Source: a virus. Taken from it: a stretch of 64,000 nucleotides of DNA. The position numbers were made by a program, and so were the translations under genes. This document shows positions 39,270 through 49,238 of this stretch, piece by piece (positions within the stretch are counted from its first letter, which is position 1; the number at the start of each line of letters is the position of its first letter). A model generated the notes under the pieces. That model was not told the origin of the DNA, searched no databases, and saw only the letters and a list, made by a program, of their open reading frames with translations. The DNA lies in the IMG/VR virus record IMGVR_UViG_3300014208_000003, positions 64,001 to 128,000 of that record. One strand, written 5' to 3'.

Positions 39270-39277
39270 AAATATTA

Positions 39278-39409
39278 AGAGAGGAACGTTCGGAAAGAGA
39301 GTTTAACGTTTTACCATTAAACTACGTTACAAGTTTGAATTGCAACGACCGGATTCGAACCGATAACTTTTCATTAATAGTGAAGTATCTCTTTCCATTC
39401 ACCATCTCT
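39278..39409 (-). ncRNA. YrlA-like Y RNA with permuted tRNA-like domain
   Basis: T arm ATCGGTTCGAATCCGGT, acceptor hairpin CGTTGCAA/TTGTAACG, D arm TAGTTTAATGGTAAAAC. Confidence 0.83.
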
Positions 39410-39446
39410 ATTTTTTTATTCAAAGAACTGATTTTTTGTATACCTT

Positions 39447-39475
39447 AATATAACCACAATTCGTAAAAACTACAA
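39447..39475 (-). promoter_or_regulatory. Early promoter of the Y RNA-Ro60-tRNA operon
   Basis: TTGTAG-N17-(GTGGT)TATATT. Confidence 0.65.
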
Positions 39476-39704
39476 GAAAAATCTTTTTACCCAAGTAAAA
39501 TAGGTTTATCTGATTCTACAACTTCTGTAATAGCCGTTTCCTGCATTGGTTTCATGATATGTATATGACCACATTCTGAACAATGCATCTCGAGTATATC
39601 TTTTTCTTTATTGAATTTTTTGTTAGTAAGAATAGTCCCACATTTCACACACATATAAACTTTTTTATTTTCAAAAATTTCCATTAGAACCACCTTTTTA
39701 AAAG

Positions 39705-39712
39705 TCTAAATA
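39705..39712 (+). promoter_or_regulatory. Late promoter TCTAAATA
   Basis: Upstream of the endonuclease gene at 39804. Confidence 0.55.
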
Positions 39713-39803
39713 ATATTGAAGGTTAGATTACCGCTTGTTACGGAAATCAATCTAAGGGAGAGTTAGACTGTCCCTTCAACATCAATATTTAGAGGGAGAT
39801 ATC

Positions 39804-40808
39804 ATGGGAAAGAAAAGATTAACAACAGAAGAATTCGTTCAAAGAGCAACAGAAATTCATGGCGATAAGTACGATTATTCAAAGGTAATATATCTTAATA
39901 CAATGGCTAAAGTCAATATAATTTGTAAAATACACGGAGAATTTCAACAAACACCAAATAAACATTTAAGTCATGAGCATGGTTGTCCGTATTGTGGTAA
40001 TAATGTGATATTAACAACAGAAATATTTTTAGATCGATCAAAAGTAGCTCTTGGTGATAGATATGATTATAGTCAATCTGTATATGTGAATAGTTCAACA
40101 CTTATTAAAATAAGATGTAAAGAACATGATCTTTGGTTTAATCAAAGACCGAGAGAACATATTCTAGGTCAATTAGGTTGTAAAACATGTAGAGATATAA
40201 TAGCTCATAATAAATTCGCCAAAACCACCGAACAATTTATAAAAGAAGCACAAGAACTACATGGCAGTATAAGATATTCTTATCATAAAACAAAATATAA
40301 TAAGGCGTTGGAAAAAGTAGAGATTGTTTGTAATAAACATAACATGTCTTTCTTTGTAAAACCGTCACACCATTTAAGAGGAATAGGATGTCCTTTATGC
40401 AATTCTTCGTTCGGAGAGAGAATTATTAAACTATTTTTAGATAATAATAAAATACAACACATACACCAAAAACGTTTTTATGATTGCAGAAACAAAAAAC
40501 CGCTACCGTTTGATTTTTATTTACCGGAACACAATACATGTATTGAATATGACGGTGAACAACATTATTTTCCAGTTATAAGATTTCAGAAACATTACGT
40601 TACAGAACAAAATGCAATAAAAATACACGAAACTGTAAAAATACACGATTCTATTAAAACAAAATATTGCGAAGATAATAATATAAAATTACTAAGAATA
40701 TCATATACACAAAGAGATGATATAAAAAATATTCTTAGTAAATATTTATTAAATAATCATCCACATTTAGAAAATGTACACTGTGAACATTTTACACAAC
40801 CATCGTAA
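39804..40808 (+). CDS. Free-standing homing endonuclease (DUF723-like repeats plus PD-(D/E)XK/Vsr-like domain)
   Basis: Repeated F...A...HG..YDYS..Y....I.C..H; PLPFDFYLP..N.CIEYDGEQH; LLRISY. Confidence 0.85.
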   Translation: MGKKRLTTEEFVQRATEIHGDKYDYSKVIYLNTMAKVNIICKIHGEFQQTPNKHLSHEHGCPYCGNNVILTTEIFLDRSKVALGDRYDYSQSVYVNSSTLIKIRCKEHDLWFNQRPREHILGQLGCKTCRDIIAHNKFAKTTEQFIKEAQELHGSIRYSYHKTKYNKALEKVEIVCNKHNMSFFVKPSHHLRGIGCPLCNSSFGERIIKLFLDNNKIQHIHQKRFYDCRNKKPLPFDFYLPEHNTCIEYDGEQHYFPVIRFQKHYVTEQNAIKIHETVKIHDSIKTKYCEDNNIKLLRISYTQRDDIKNILSKYLLNNHPHLENVHCEHFTQPS

Positions 40809-43800
40809 TAAATCATTTTTGAACCACAAGATTCACATATTTCTTTATATGATTCACCATCTTTGATATACTGTTTAAGAACTCTAGAAACGCTTTTATC
40901 GAACGAAGTAAAGTCGTCGCTCTTATTAAGTTGCTCAACTATGAATCTCAGGGGTACACCATGACGGATTGACATTGAGATAAATCTTGCTAAACTTCTT
41001 TCTACCGTACTTCCAAATTTACCCAAATTATCAATAAGGATTTCTTCGTTGCATAACAATCTATAATGATTTGTTTTTACTTTACGAATTATTCCCGATG
41101 TATGTTTTTCGTATTTTTCTTTATCTTTTTCATCTATAATAGCTACAAACATTTCATAAAGCATACCATTCAATTTACCAACGAGAATTACCATATGATC
41201 GGATTTTACTTTTAATACCTTTATATCACATTCCAAGTCTTGCGGTCTTTTAGGTGCATCTCTACGACTAACATTTTCATTCTCTTTTACATCACTAGAA
41301 GCATGTCCTAATATATTATTTCTACATTCATCGCGATATACTGTAACACCGATTACACCTTTTTTATAAGCATCTAGATAAACCTTGGCAACCTGTTCTT
41401 TGGTAGCTTCTTTAGGCATGTTGATTGTCTTACTTACTGATAAAGATACATAGTTAGCAAATGGTTCTAATATTTCGAGATGCCATTCGGGAGATATATC
41501 ATTAGCAACTACGAATGTATCTTTTTCTTCTTTAGTTAGATATTTACAACTTTGAACAGAACCGTTATGTTTAGTTACATGTGCGAGAATTTCTTCTTTA
41601 TATTTAAGATATTTTTCATCAATAAACTTTTCAAAAACAGGATCTGCTATAAACATTTCGGTGTATTCTTTATTTCCTGTTTCTACTTTGCGAATATATA
41701 CCAATCCAAATACAGGTTCGATACCAGAAGATGTGTTGACAATCGTAGAAATACTTCCTGTTGGAGCTATACTTGACAAACTGGAATTATATACTCCGTG
41801 TTTTTTAATATCTTCCACAAGATTATTATTAACAAGCATCCCGAATCGTTTAACAAAAGAATCGTATTGACTAAAAAGTCTTTCGTTAGCTTTCAAATAT
41901 ATTTTTTCGTCATACCACTCAAACGTTTTTTTATTTTCTTTAGCTATTACACAACTTTCATCCATACCAACTAGCGTAATAAATTTCATTAGATCTTCTG
42001 CTATAGTTTTTGCTTGTATGGAATTATATTTAATTTTCATTTCGTATAAAGCATGAGCAAAACCCATTAATCCTAAACCAATGGGACGAGATGAGTGCGA
42101 TACTTTTTTTATCTTCTCTAATGGATAATTATTATTATCGATCACTGCATTTAGATAACGTACAGCTTTTCTAACAATGATATTTAAACGATCATAATCA
42201 AAATCATTTTTTGAAACAAATTTAGAAACATCTATTGAACCAAGATTACAAGAAGTATAAGGAACAGTTGTGACAAACTCGGAACAATTTGAAATATTAA
42301 AACCATTACACCAAAAAGTATGAGAATCATTATCAACCGTTATATCAAAAACCGAATTTATACCCATTGATTCTGTAGAAATTATTTCAAATTGTCTTTT
42401 TTTACGAGTAGTTTTTCGTTCCTCATTTAAAATAGTAATAACTTTTTCATTTTTATATTTTTGTAAAAATTTTATTTTATTAAAAAATTTATCTTTATCA
42501 GAACAAACATTTAAGTCATAAGATTCTTTAGATTTATATATTCCATTATCCCAAGTAATATTAGATGCTTTATTAGTTGTATAATATGACATGATTCCAA
42601 TAGAATTTAACATTAATTGAACTTGATTTATCAATTCTTTACATGTAGATTTGAGAGTGATTCGTCCACCTGTAACAGAACCATTTGCGGAATATAAGCC
42701 TATTAAAAATCCAATTTTTTTAGAAGTATTTCCATAAAAAAATCTATCAGGTACTTTTCTAACAGGTAACAAAGGAAGTTCAGCAATAGTTATAGTGGTT
42801 TTTATTTCGTAAATTTTATCAGATGATGGATATAAAGTACCTATTATTTTATCTTTTATATCAGAAATAAAATAATCACTATCATTAGCTCCTATTATTA
42901 ACCCAATATCTTTGTTTCTATTGCTTAAATTTTTAAAATTTTTAGAATTGGTTGTTCCATCACCCACAACAAGACCATCCATTATATCTCGAGGATCTAT
43001 ATTTTCAAATATATTTTCTCCAACTATCACATCTAACATTTCAGCATCTTTAATTTCTATCTTGATATCATCATTAACAATTCTATGATTATCAGTAGAT
43101 TCTAAATAACCTGCTCTAGTTGTATATTTATAAACTTCCTTTTCACCTGTATACCATTTATTAATTACTGTAGTCCATCCTTCATTAGACCAAATTTCAT
43201 CACCAATATTAATATCTTTTAATTGAACAATACCTTGCTTAGACAATAGAAGCGCGGTATCCATCAAACATGGGTTTGTAAGTGCTTTATTATCAATATG
43301 TATTAGTGTGCTTCTATCCTTTATAAAATCTTCGTTAATAATTCCCGGTTCTGCTACACTCCATGCCTGTTCAATAATTATATCCCACAACATTTCATAA
43401 GTATATTCTTTTCCGGAACTATCTTTTAAAACATTTTCCTGACCATTTGTTATGTTAATTGTTTTAAATATTTTTTTCGGATTTGCTTTTAAAACATTAT
43501 AAAAATCATTATCTATCTTTATTGAAAAATTACTTCTGTTATATTCATTTAAGTTTTTCTTTGCATTTATAAAATCTAATATTTGTGGATGATATATTGA
43601 CAAAAGGGACATGCCAGCTCCGCGCCTTATTCCTTGACGAATGCCACTTAAAACCGCATCATAAATTCCCACAAAAGAAAGTACACCACCGGATTTTTTA
43701 CCAGTTCCTTTCACCAATTCTTCTTTACCTCTTAATACAGAAAAATCAAGACCAACACCACCACACGCTTTTGTCACTAGCGCAACTTCTTTCATCGATT

Positions 43801-44056
43801 CCATTATATCTTCCATATTGTCAGCAATATCCATAGGAAAACAAGATGATAGTGTACCTTTTCTTTCTCCGTTTGTATTAGCATTCATTAAAGTTGGAGA
43901 TGATGGTACGAATTCCATTTTTTCTATATGTTCCGACATTGGTTCATATAATTTTCCTACACGTTTTGCTAATTGTTGCCAAGAAGTTTCGTCATCTAAA
44001 AAATATCTATCTTTAAGTAGTTTTAAAATTTCTGGTGTCATAATCTCATTCCCCAT
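40757..44056 (-). CDS. nrdJ: Class II (B12-dependent) ribonucleotide reductase with intein
   Basis: PSSPTLMNA, LSSCF, NP|C.E, CNLGSI, IAPTGSIS, SGIEP, SKTIN, GVTVYRD, C-terminal zinc ribbon. Confidence 0.92.
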   Translation of the reverse strand: MGNEIMTPEILKLLKDRYFLDDETSWQQLAKRVGKLYEPMSEHIEKMEFVPSSPTLMNANTNGERKGTLSSCFPMDIADNMEDIMESMKEVALVTKACGGVGLDFSVLRGKEELVKGTGKKSGGVLSFVGIYDAVLSGIRQGIRRGAGMSLLSIYHPQILDFINAKKNLNEYNRSNFSIKIDNDFYNVLKANPKKIFKTINITNGQENVLKDSSGKEYTYEMLWDIIIEQAWSVAEPGIINEDFIKDRSTLIHIDNKALTNPCLMDTALLLSKQGIVQLKDINIGDEIWSNEGWTTVINKWYTGEKEVYKYTTRAGYLESTDNHRIVNDDIKIEIKDAEMLDVIVGENIFENIDPRDIMDGLVVGDGTTNSKNFKNLSNRNKDIGLIIGANDSDYFISDIKDKIIGTLYPSSDKIYEIKTTITIAELPLLPVRKVPDRFFYGNTSKKIGFLIGLYSANGSVTGGRITLKSTCKELINQVQLMLNSIGIMSYYTTNKASNITWDNGIYKSKESYDLNVCSDKDKFFNKIKFLQKYKNEKVITILNEERKTTRKKRQFEIISTESMGINSVFDITVDNDSHTFWCNGFNISNCSEFVTTVPYTSCNLGSIDVSKFVSKNDFDYDRLNIIVRKAVRYLNAVIDNNNYPLEKIKKVSHSSRPIGLGLMGFAHALYEMKIKYNSIQAKTIAEDLMKFITLVGMDESCVIAKENKKTFEWYDEKIYLKANERLFSQYDSFVKRFGMLVNNNLVEDIKKHGVYNSSLSSIAPTGSISTIVNTSSGIEPVFGLVYIRKVETGNKEYTEMFIADPVFEKFIDEKYLKYKEEILAHVTKHNGSVQSCKYLTKEEKDTFVVANDISPEWHLEILEPFANYVSLSVSKTINMPKEATKEQVAKVYLDAYKKGVIGVTVYRDECRNNILGHASSDVKENENVSRRDAPKRPQDLECDIKVLKVKSDHMVILVGKLNGMLYEMFVAIIDEKDKEKYEKHTSGIIRKVKTNHYRLLCNEEILIDNLGKFGSTVERSLARFISMSIRHGVPLRFIVEQLNKSDDFTSFDKSVSRVLKQYIKDGESYKEICESCGSKMIYYDGCVKCSQCTFSKCG
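42287..43270 (-). mobile_element. Intein with LAGLIDADG endonuclease (328 aa)
   Basis: Starts CLMDTALL, contains T.NHRI, GLVVGDG and GLYSANG, ends NGFNISN before the +1 Cys. Confidence 0.9.
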
Positions 44057-44378
44057 CTTTTTCTGTAATAATGTTTTCCAAGGTTGGTTTAATCATTTCT
44101 TCTAGTTCTTCTATTTTACTTTGAAGTTTTTCGTTCTGTTCTTCTAGTCTCTCATTTGCTGTTTCTAATTCCTCGATCCGTTCTTCTGCGTCATTCAATT
44201 CTTCTTGTGCTTCGTCCAAGCGTTCTTTTTCATAATTATTCCGATTAATTTCTTCCAGCAGTTTTTCGATACCTTCTTCCGTGACCTTATTTGAAATAGC
44301 TCCATCGAATAAGATTTTGTATTCGTTACCTAGATTAAAATCATGTCTATCGATAATGTTTTGGATATTATTTTGCAT
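44046..44378 (-). CDS. Coiled-coil hypothetical protein
   Basis: Heptad-rich sequence; early promoter at 44399-44426. Confidence 0.6.
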   Translation of the reverse strand: MQNNIQNIIDRHDFNLGNEYKILFDGAISNKVTEEGIEKLLEEINRNNYEKERLDEAQEELNDAEERIEELETANERLEEQNEKLQSKIEELEEMIKPTLENIITEKDGE

Positions 44379-44398
44379 TATGTTTTTCTCCTGATATT

Positions 44399-44426
44399 AA
44401 TATAAGCACATTGAACTAGGAATCAA
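44399..44426 (-). promoter_or_regulatory. Early promoter
   Basis: TTGATT-N16-TATATT; nearly identical to 63833-63860. Confidence 0.65.
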
Positions 44427-44878
44427 GATGGAAAAAGAGATGTTTCGGAAATAACTACGAATTCAAAACCTCTATCGGAACAGAATTCTTTAGCAGTTTT
44501 CCATTTATTTTGATTTTTGATATAGGTAGCGCATTCATTTAGATAATTTGCTTTTGATTTTTGAGTAACATTTTTTGGTTTTCTTGGTGGAATCATTTGT
44601 TTTTGTGGTTTGATTTCTACTATGAATTTCCGGATCTTTTTAAATTTATCTATAGCTTCGAAGTAGAAATCCGGATAATATTTATGAGTCTTTTTATCTA
44701 GTTCATAATAATAGGGAATTACTAAACATTCCGATCCCCATTTCAATACATTCGGGGAGTGATCGAAATATTGTATTGCTCTTAATTCCCATGATGATCT
44801 ATAGTGAGGTGGTTTTTCTCCTATATATTTACTTTTATTAACCACCTCATAATCACCATCAAGCCACTGTTTTCCCAT
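44423..44878 (-). CDS. Head completion nuclease, T4 gp4-like
   Basis: KY.G....YRSSWE, W.SE..IPY, YYPDF, EIKP, N..KW..A. Confidence 0.9.
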   Translation of the reverse strand: MGKQWLDGDYEVVNKSKYIGEKPPHYRSSWELRAIQYFDHSPNVLKWGSECLVIPYYYELDKKTHKYYPDFYFEAIDKFKKIRKFIVEIKPQKQMIPPRKPKNVTQKSKANYLNECATYIKNQNKWKTAKEFCSDRGFEFVVISETSLFPS

Positions 44879-45507
44879 TAGATTATCTCGTCAACTAGTC
44901 CATATTCCAAGCATGTTTTTGAATCGAACATTATATCATGCTTTAGAAGTTCGTTTAATTTTGCTTTAGGAATTTTTGTGTGTTCCAGATATATTTCTTT
45001 AATCAGTTTCATTTCATCGTGAACATTACTCATACCATCTTTTAATTCTTCATATTTTCCCCATACACCTCCAGATAATTGGTGTATAAGAATTCTGGAA
45101 TGTTTGTGCATGAGTCTTCTGGAGCATACGCAAGATATAAGTGATCCAGCAGAAGCAGCCACGCCATCGACAATAGAAACAACATCTACTTTTTTCTTTA
45201 GGTTTATAATATGATCTACACAAGCAAGTCCAGCATATAATTCGCCACCGTTAGAATTGATATGTAGAAAAACTTTATCCTGAACACCTTCTACGATAAT
45301 TGCTTGTGTAATGACTTGATTAGATATACCATGAAGAGTTTTATTTAATTTTAGAACAGAGTCTCTAGTAATTTCGGAATAAAAATAAACTCTATTATCG
45401 ACCACTTCTAGATAGGTTGGTTCGAGAAAAGATAAATCTGGAGTTATATCGGGAGTTGGTTCGCATCTGTTAAAACTAAATTTCTTACTTCCAAAATTAC
45501 TATGCAT
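44878..45507 (-). CDS. clpP: Second ClpP-like protease
   Basis: HINSNGG, AASAG, IHQLS, YGLVD. Confidence 0.85.
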   Translation of the reverse strand: MHSNFGSKKFSFNRCEPTPDITPDLSFLEPTYLEVVDNRVYFYSEITRDSVLKLNKTLHGISNQVITQAIIVEGVQDKVFLHINSNGGELYAGLACVDHIINLKKKVDVVSIVDGVAASAGSLISCVCSRRLMHKHSRILIHQLSGGVWGKYEELKDGMSNVHDEMKLIKEIYLEHTKIPKAKLNELLKHDIMFDSKTCLEYGLVDEII

Positions 45508-46366
45508 TTAGAACCTCTGTTGTTAAGTGTTTGATTGATTCAGTGTAAAGAGCAAAATCATCCTTAATCTTTTTTAGGCTATTGGTAACACAAAATTCTA
45601 AAAATTTCATATAACCAAAGGACTCTAAACGGATGCTATCGAATGTATTTAACACCGATTTTTTAACATCTTCCGGAATCTCTTCAAACGATATTAACAA
45701 TCTATTTCTTTTAATATTTTCTTTTACTTCGTCTGGTTGTTTATCATCGTACAAAATACCTTCATTAAAATATTTTGTAGCTTTTACTGGCCCTGTTTTT
45801 GGAAGAATTGCTGGAATATTATCACCGGAATCTCCCATTATAATTTTTACATCTAGATCTGTTAGGGGATTAAGACTTTCAAGATAATCGGCAGCGCAAG
45901 GACTGAATATTTTTACACCTTCAAATTTTAGTAGTTGTATAAAATCCTTATCAGAAGAAACTATTGTAATATCTCCCAAATCTCTTTCTTTAGTTAGGAT
46001 CGCAACAATATCATCACACTCAGAATCTTTAACTCTCATCCAATAAAAATTTGGGAATACTTTCTTTAACTCTTCTACAAAACCATCATTCACTTTATAG
46101 AACTGTTCATAATCGATTAGAGAGGCTTTACGTGCGTCTAAACGTTGTGCCTTATATTCCGGATATACTTTCTTTCTCCATGACTTTGAATCGATTGCTA
46201 TGACCACTCTATCAGGTTTAAATTTCAAAACATAATCCAGAATAGTTTTTGTCATTAAATGCTTCCAACCACCATAATTATCATCTATCAACATATTTTT
46301 ATAAGCAATATATAAATTACGATACATTATATTATGCCAGTCAATCATTATTGTTTTTTTTCTCAT
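45500..46366 (-). CDS. rnh: T4 RNase H-like 5'-3' exonuclease
   Basis: WRK..YPEYKA.R, ECDD, SSDKDF.QL, GDSGDNIP. Confidence 0.9.
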   Translation of the reverse strand: MRKKTIMIDWHNIMYRNLYIAYKNMLIDDNYGGWKHLMTKTILDYVLKFKPDRVVIAIDSKSWRKKVYPEYKAQRLDARKASLIDYEQFYKVNDGFVEELKKVFPNFYWMRVKDSECDDIVAILTKERDLGDITIVSSDKDFIQLLKFEGVKIFSPCAADYLESLNPLTDLDVKIIMGDSGDNIPAILPKTGPVKATKYFNEGILYDDKQPDEVKENIKRNRLLISFEEIPEDVKKSVLNTFDSIRLESFGYMKFLEFCVTNSLKKIKDDFALYTESIKHLTTEVLNA

Positions 46367-46686
46367 TAGTTTTCCTTAAATGTGTTGTGGATGGTGGTTA
46401 TATATTTTAAACAATCTATTTCTAAGAACGGATCCGAAAGCATGTTCAGAACAACTTTTTCAACACTGTCCGGAACTTGGTTTATTGCTCTCTGTTTGTT
46501 ATCTAAATTGTGATCCCATGCTAATTCTGGTTCCGAACATTCTCCCATATTAGTTTCTACTCTTATCGCAATTACATATTCTCTATCTTCTATTTTTATT
46601 AGATTGTCAAAATAGTAGTAATAAATGATCCAATCATCCTCTATCCTGTCCATATTTATAGCGTACCAGAAACCTTCTAACGCCAT
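46366..46686 (-). CDS. Small protein, DPFxEID-motif family (dispersed copy)
   Basis: QVPDSV...LSDPFLEID. Confidence 0.75.
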   Translation of the reverse strand: MALEGFWYAINMDRIEDDWIIYYYYFDNLIKIEDREYVIAIRVETNMGECSEPELAWDHNLDNKQRAINQVPDSVEKVVLNMLSDPFLEIDCLKYITTIHNTFKEN

Positions 46687-46807
46687 TTTCTAACATCTAT
46701 ACAATTAAATTTTGTACTATCACAATCATCTGTTTTGGAATTATAATGTCTATCTTGTTTAATACCCGCACAAGAACAAATTAGTAAAAGAGCTACTATT
46801 ATTTTTA

Positions 46808-47611
46808 TCATTGTCTCTCCATGAATTCTTTGTTTCTGAATGAAATATTTGGAATCATATTTAACTTATGTTTTTCAATTCTATCTATCGCTATCTTCCA
46901 GTATTTCTCTTCTTTTTCAATTCCAATGAAATTTCTTTTGGTAGATAAACACGCTATTGCGGTTGTTCCGGAACCTATGCAATTATCTAAAACAGTATCA
47001 CCTTCATTCGTATATGTTTTAATCAAATATTCAAATAACGCAACTGGCTTTTGAGTAGGATGTACAGCGTTTTTATCATTAGGAAAGTAAATTAAATCTA
47101 TAGGATAATTTTCAAACTCTTGTATATATGCTTTATGTGAAGGTCTTGGTGCTTTAAAAGAATGTTCGTTTGTTGTACTATAATCACAACCACTTCTTTT
47201 CTTAGTACATGGAGTTAAACCTTGTGGATTATATAACATTCTTCTTTCTGATTTGTTAGCTGTTGTACCATTAGAAAAAACTAAAATATCTTCATGCTTT
47301 TTCATTGGTTTATTTTTCACATTCATACAATCACCAGCGTTTGATTTTTCCCAACACCAAGCATATTTCAGCATTTCTATATTTGATGCTCCTAAAGCTG
47401 TTGTAAAAGGTTGACTTGCTGTTAAAACTATAGCACGATTATCTTTTATTATTCTTTTATATTGTTCCCAAAGAGGTTTAAAAGGAATTACTGTGTCCCA
47501 TTTACAAGCAGTAGTTCCATAAGGCAAATCACAAAGTATCATATCCACACTTTTATCTGGAATGTACATCATCGCCTCGAGACAATCACCTAAAATTATT
47601 TCATTTAGCAT
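46808..47611 (-). CDS. Beta-class N4/N6 DNA methyltransferase
   Basis: DLPYG, HPTQKP, DNCIGSGTT. Confidence 0.92.
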   Translation of the reverse strand: MLNEIILGDCLEAMMYIPDKSVDMILCDLPYGTTACKWDTVIPFKPLWEQYKRIIKDNRAIVLTASQPFTTALGASNIEMLKYAWCWEKSNAGDCMNVKNKPMKKHEDILVFSNGTTANKSERRMLYNPQGLTPCTKKRSGCDYSTTNEHSFKAPRPSHKAYIQEFENYPIDLIYFPNDKNAVHPTQKPVALFEYLIKTYTNEGDTVLDNCIGSGTTAIACLSTKRNFIGIEKEEKYWKIAIDRIEKHKLNMIPNISFRNKEFMERQ

Positions 47612-47632
47612 ACTCTCTCCATGAATTCTTTG
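46814..47632. repeat. 19-bp direct repeat flanking the methyltransferase gene
   Basis: TCTCTCCATGAATTCTTTG at 46814-46832 and 47614-47632. Confidence 0.85.
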
Positions 47633-48264
47633 GTTAAAACATTCTCCGGACTTTTTTTGGAAACTTTCTGGAATACTTGTTGTTGTTTAGGATTTAATGT
47701 ACTCAGATCAATTATATTATTTCTTAGCTTCAATTCTGTTTGTAATAATTTTGCTATCCACCATGCATCTATTATATCACTTTTAGGAGAATCAAAATCA
47801 TTCAACCAGTTCAAATCAATCTGTTCATCTTTATTCGGATACATATTATAAGCACTTTGCATGGCCACTTTATTAGAATTGCCTTTTAACGTCGAAAATA
47901 ATTTTATCGTTGTCGGCTCGTACACTCTCATTTTAATACCCATCATGTAAACAGAAAGCTTGACATTTCCGCAATATTCCGCTATGTCAAAAACAAGACC
48001 TTTAGATGAACCAAAAGAATATCCTTCGACTGCCGCATAATCCGATCCAAAAACAAATTCGGAATATTCTCCTTGCATAAATTCAAACTGGTCATAATTA
48101 TTGTTAAAATCCTTCTTCCGGAAATAATGTATATGATCATTCGTTAATTTTTTTACAGTATTAAATCCGAGATAATCTACTTTTGTTATTTCTAATTTAT
48201 CATCAAGAACAAACTTTACAAAACCGGGGCTGTTGATACTTAAATCCAAACCACATATAATCAT
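47605..48264 (-). CDS. RuvC-like Holliday junction resolvase
   Basis: GLDLS, VEGYSF, P..IK...KGNSNK, D..DA. Confidence 0.8.
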   Translation of the reverse strand: MIICGLDLSINSPGFVKFVLDDKLEITKVDYLGFNTVKKLTNDHIHYFRKKDFNNNYDQFEFMQGEYSEFVFGSDYAAVEGYSFGSSKGLVFDIAEYCGNVKLSVYMMGIKMRVYEPTTIKLFSTLKGNSNKVAMQSAYNMYPNKDEQIDLNWLNDFDSPKSDIIDAWWIAKLLQTELKLRNNIIDLSTLNPKQQQVFQKVSKKSPENVLTKEFMERVC

Positions 48265-49238
48265 TTTCTTTCCTTAAACTGAATTGATGGGATCTTGTTC
48301 TGTTTATATTTAAGGATTCTATTTTCTGCTATTTGTATATATTCCGGATTTAATTCACAACCAACATAATTCCGATTATTTTTAAGAGCAACGATAGCAG
48401 TAGTTCCGGAACCCATGAAAGGATCTAATATCAAACCATTTTCCGGACATCCTGCTTTAATAGGTGTTTCAATCAATTCTTCCGGAAATACTGCGAAATG
48501 AGCTTCTGTAAAAGGTTTTGTAGGAATATCCCAAACACATCTTTTATTTTTCGTGGTATAATTATTATGAACAAGACCACCCATTTTAGTTCTACCGGGT
48601 GTGTTATTTAATCTTGTATCGTCTCTATTCCGAAAAGTGTTATCTGTACTGGTTGCTTCTTCTTTTACCGAATCCTGATCAAAATAATACTTCTTAGATT
48701 TTACCAGAAAGAAAATTTCCTCAAAGTCAACCGTGAATCTGTCTTGAACACTCTGAGGCATTGCATTTCTTTTATACCAGATTATTTTGTTTCTTAAAAT
48801 CCACCCTCTATTAGTCATTTCAATAGCAAATCTAGAAGGAATTTGTAATAGGCATTTATCAGAAGAATAACTATCACCCAAATTTACAAAGCATGTTCCT
48901 TCTGATTTCAATACTCTCTTTACCTCTTCAAACAAATCACACAACTTATTCACATATTCTTCCGGAGTATTTTCAAGACCTATTTGTTGATCTATTCTTT
49001 TTGCACCACATTTTTTACATATACCAGTAAATACACCATAAGTAACACGTCCAAAACAATTCTTACCACCTTTATTATCTCTCATATGATTACAGTCACT
49101 ATTTCCACCTTCCCAATTCGCTGTTTTATAATCTCGGAGTCCGTAATAGGGAGGACTAGTAACACAGCAATCAATAGAGTCATCCGGAAGTGTTTTCAAA
49201 ATGTCTAAGTTATTGCCTTGGAATATTTTGTTCGTCAT
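48261..49238 (-). CDS. Beta-class DNA methyltransferase, probably N4-cytosine
   Basis: TSPPY, HFAVFP, DPFMGSGTT. Confidence 0.92.
   Translation of the reverse strand: MTNKIFQGNNLDILKTLPDDSIDCCVTSPPYYGLRDYKTANWEGGNSDCNHMRDNKGGKNCFGRVTYGVFTGICKKCGAKRIDQQIGLENTPEEYVNKLCDLFEEVKRVLKSEGTCFVNLGDSYSSDKCLLQIPSRFAIEMTNRGWILRNKIIWYKRNAMPQSVQDRFTVDFEEIFFLVKSKKYYFDQDSVKEEATSTDNTFRNRDDTRLNNTPGRTKMGGLVHNNYTTKNKRCVWDIPTKPFTEAHFAVFPEELIETPIKAGCPENGLILDPFMGSGTTAIVALKNNRNYVGCELNPEYIQIAENRILKYKQNKIPSIQFKERK

Noticed and set aside
39137-39409. Two additional tRNA genes
   Set aside because: The T arm precedes the D arm and there is no anticodon arm, which fits YrlA-like Y RNAs instead
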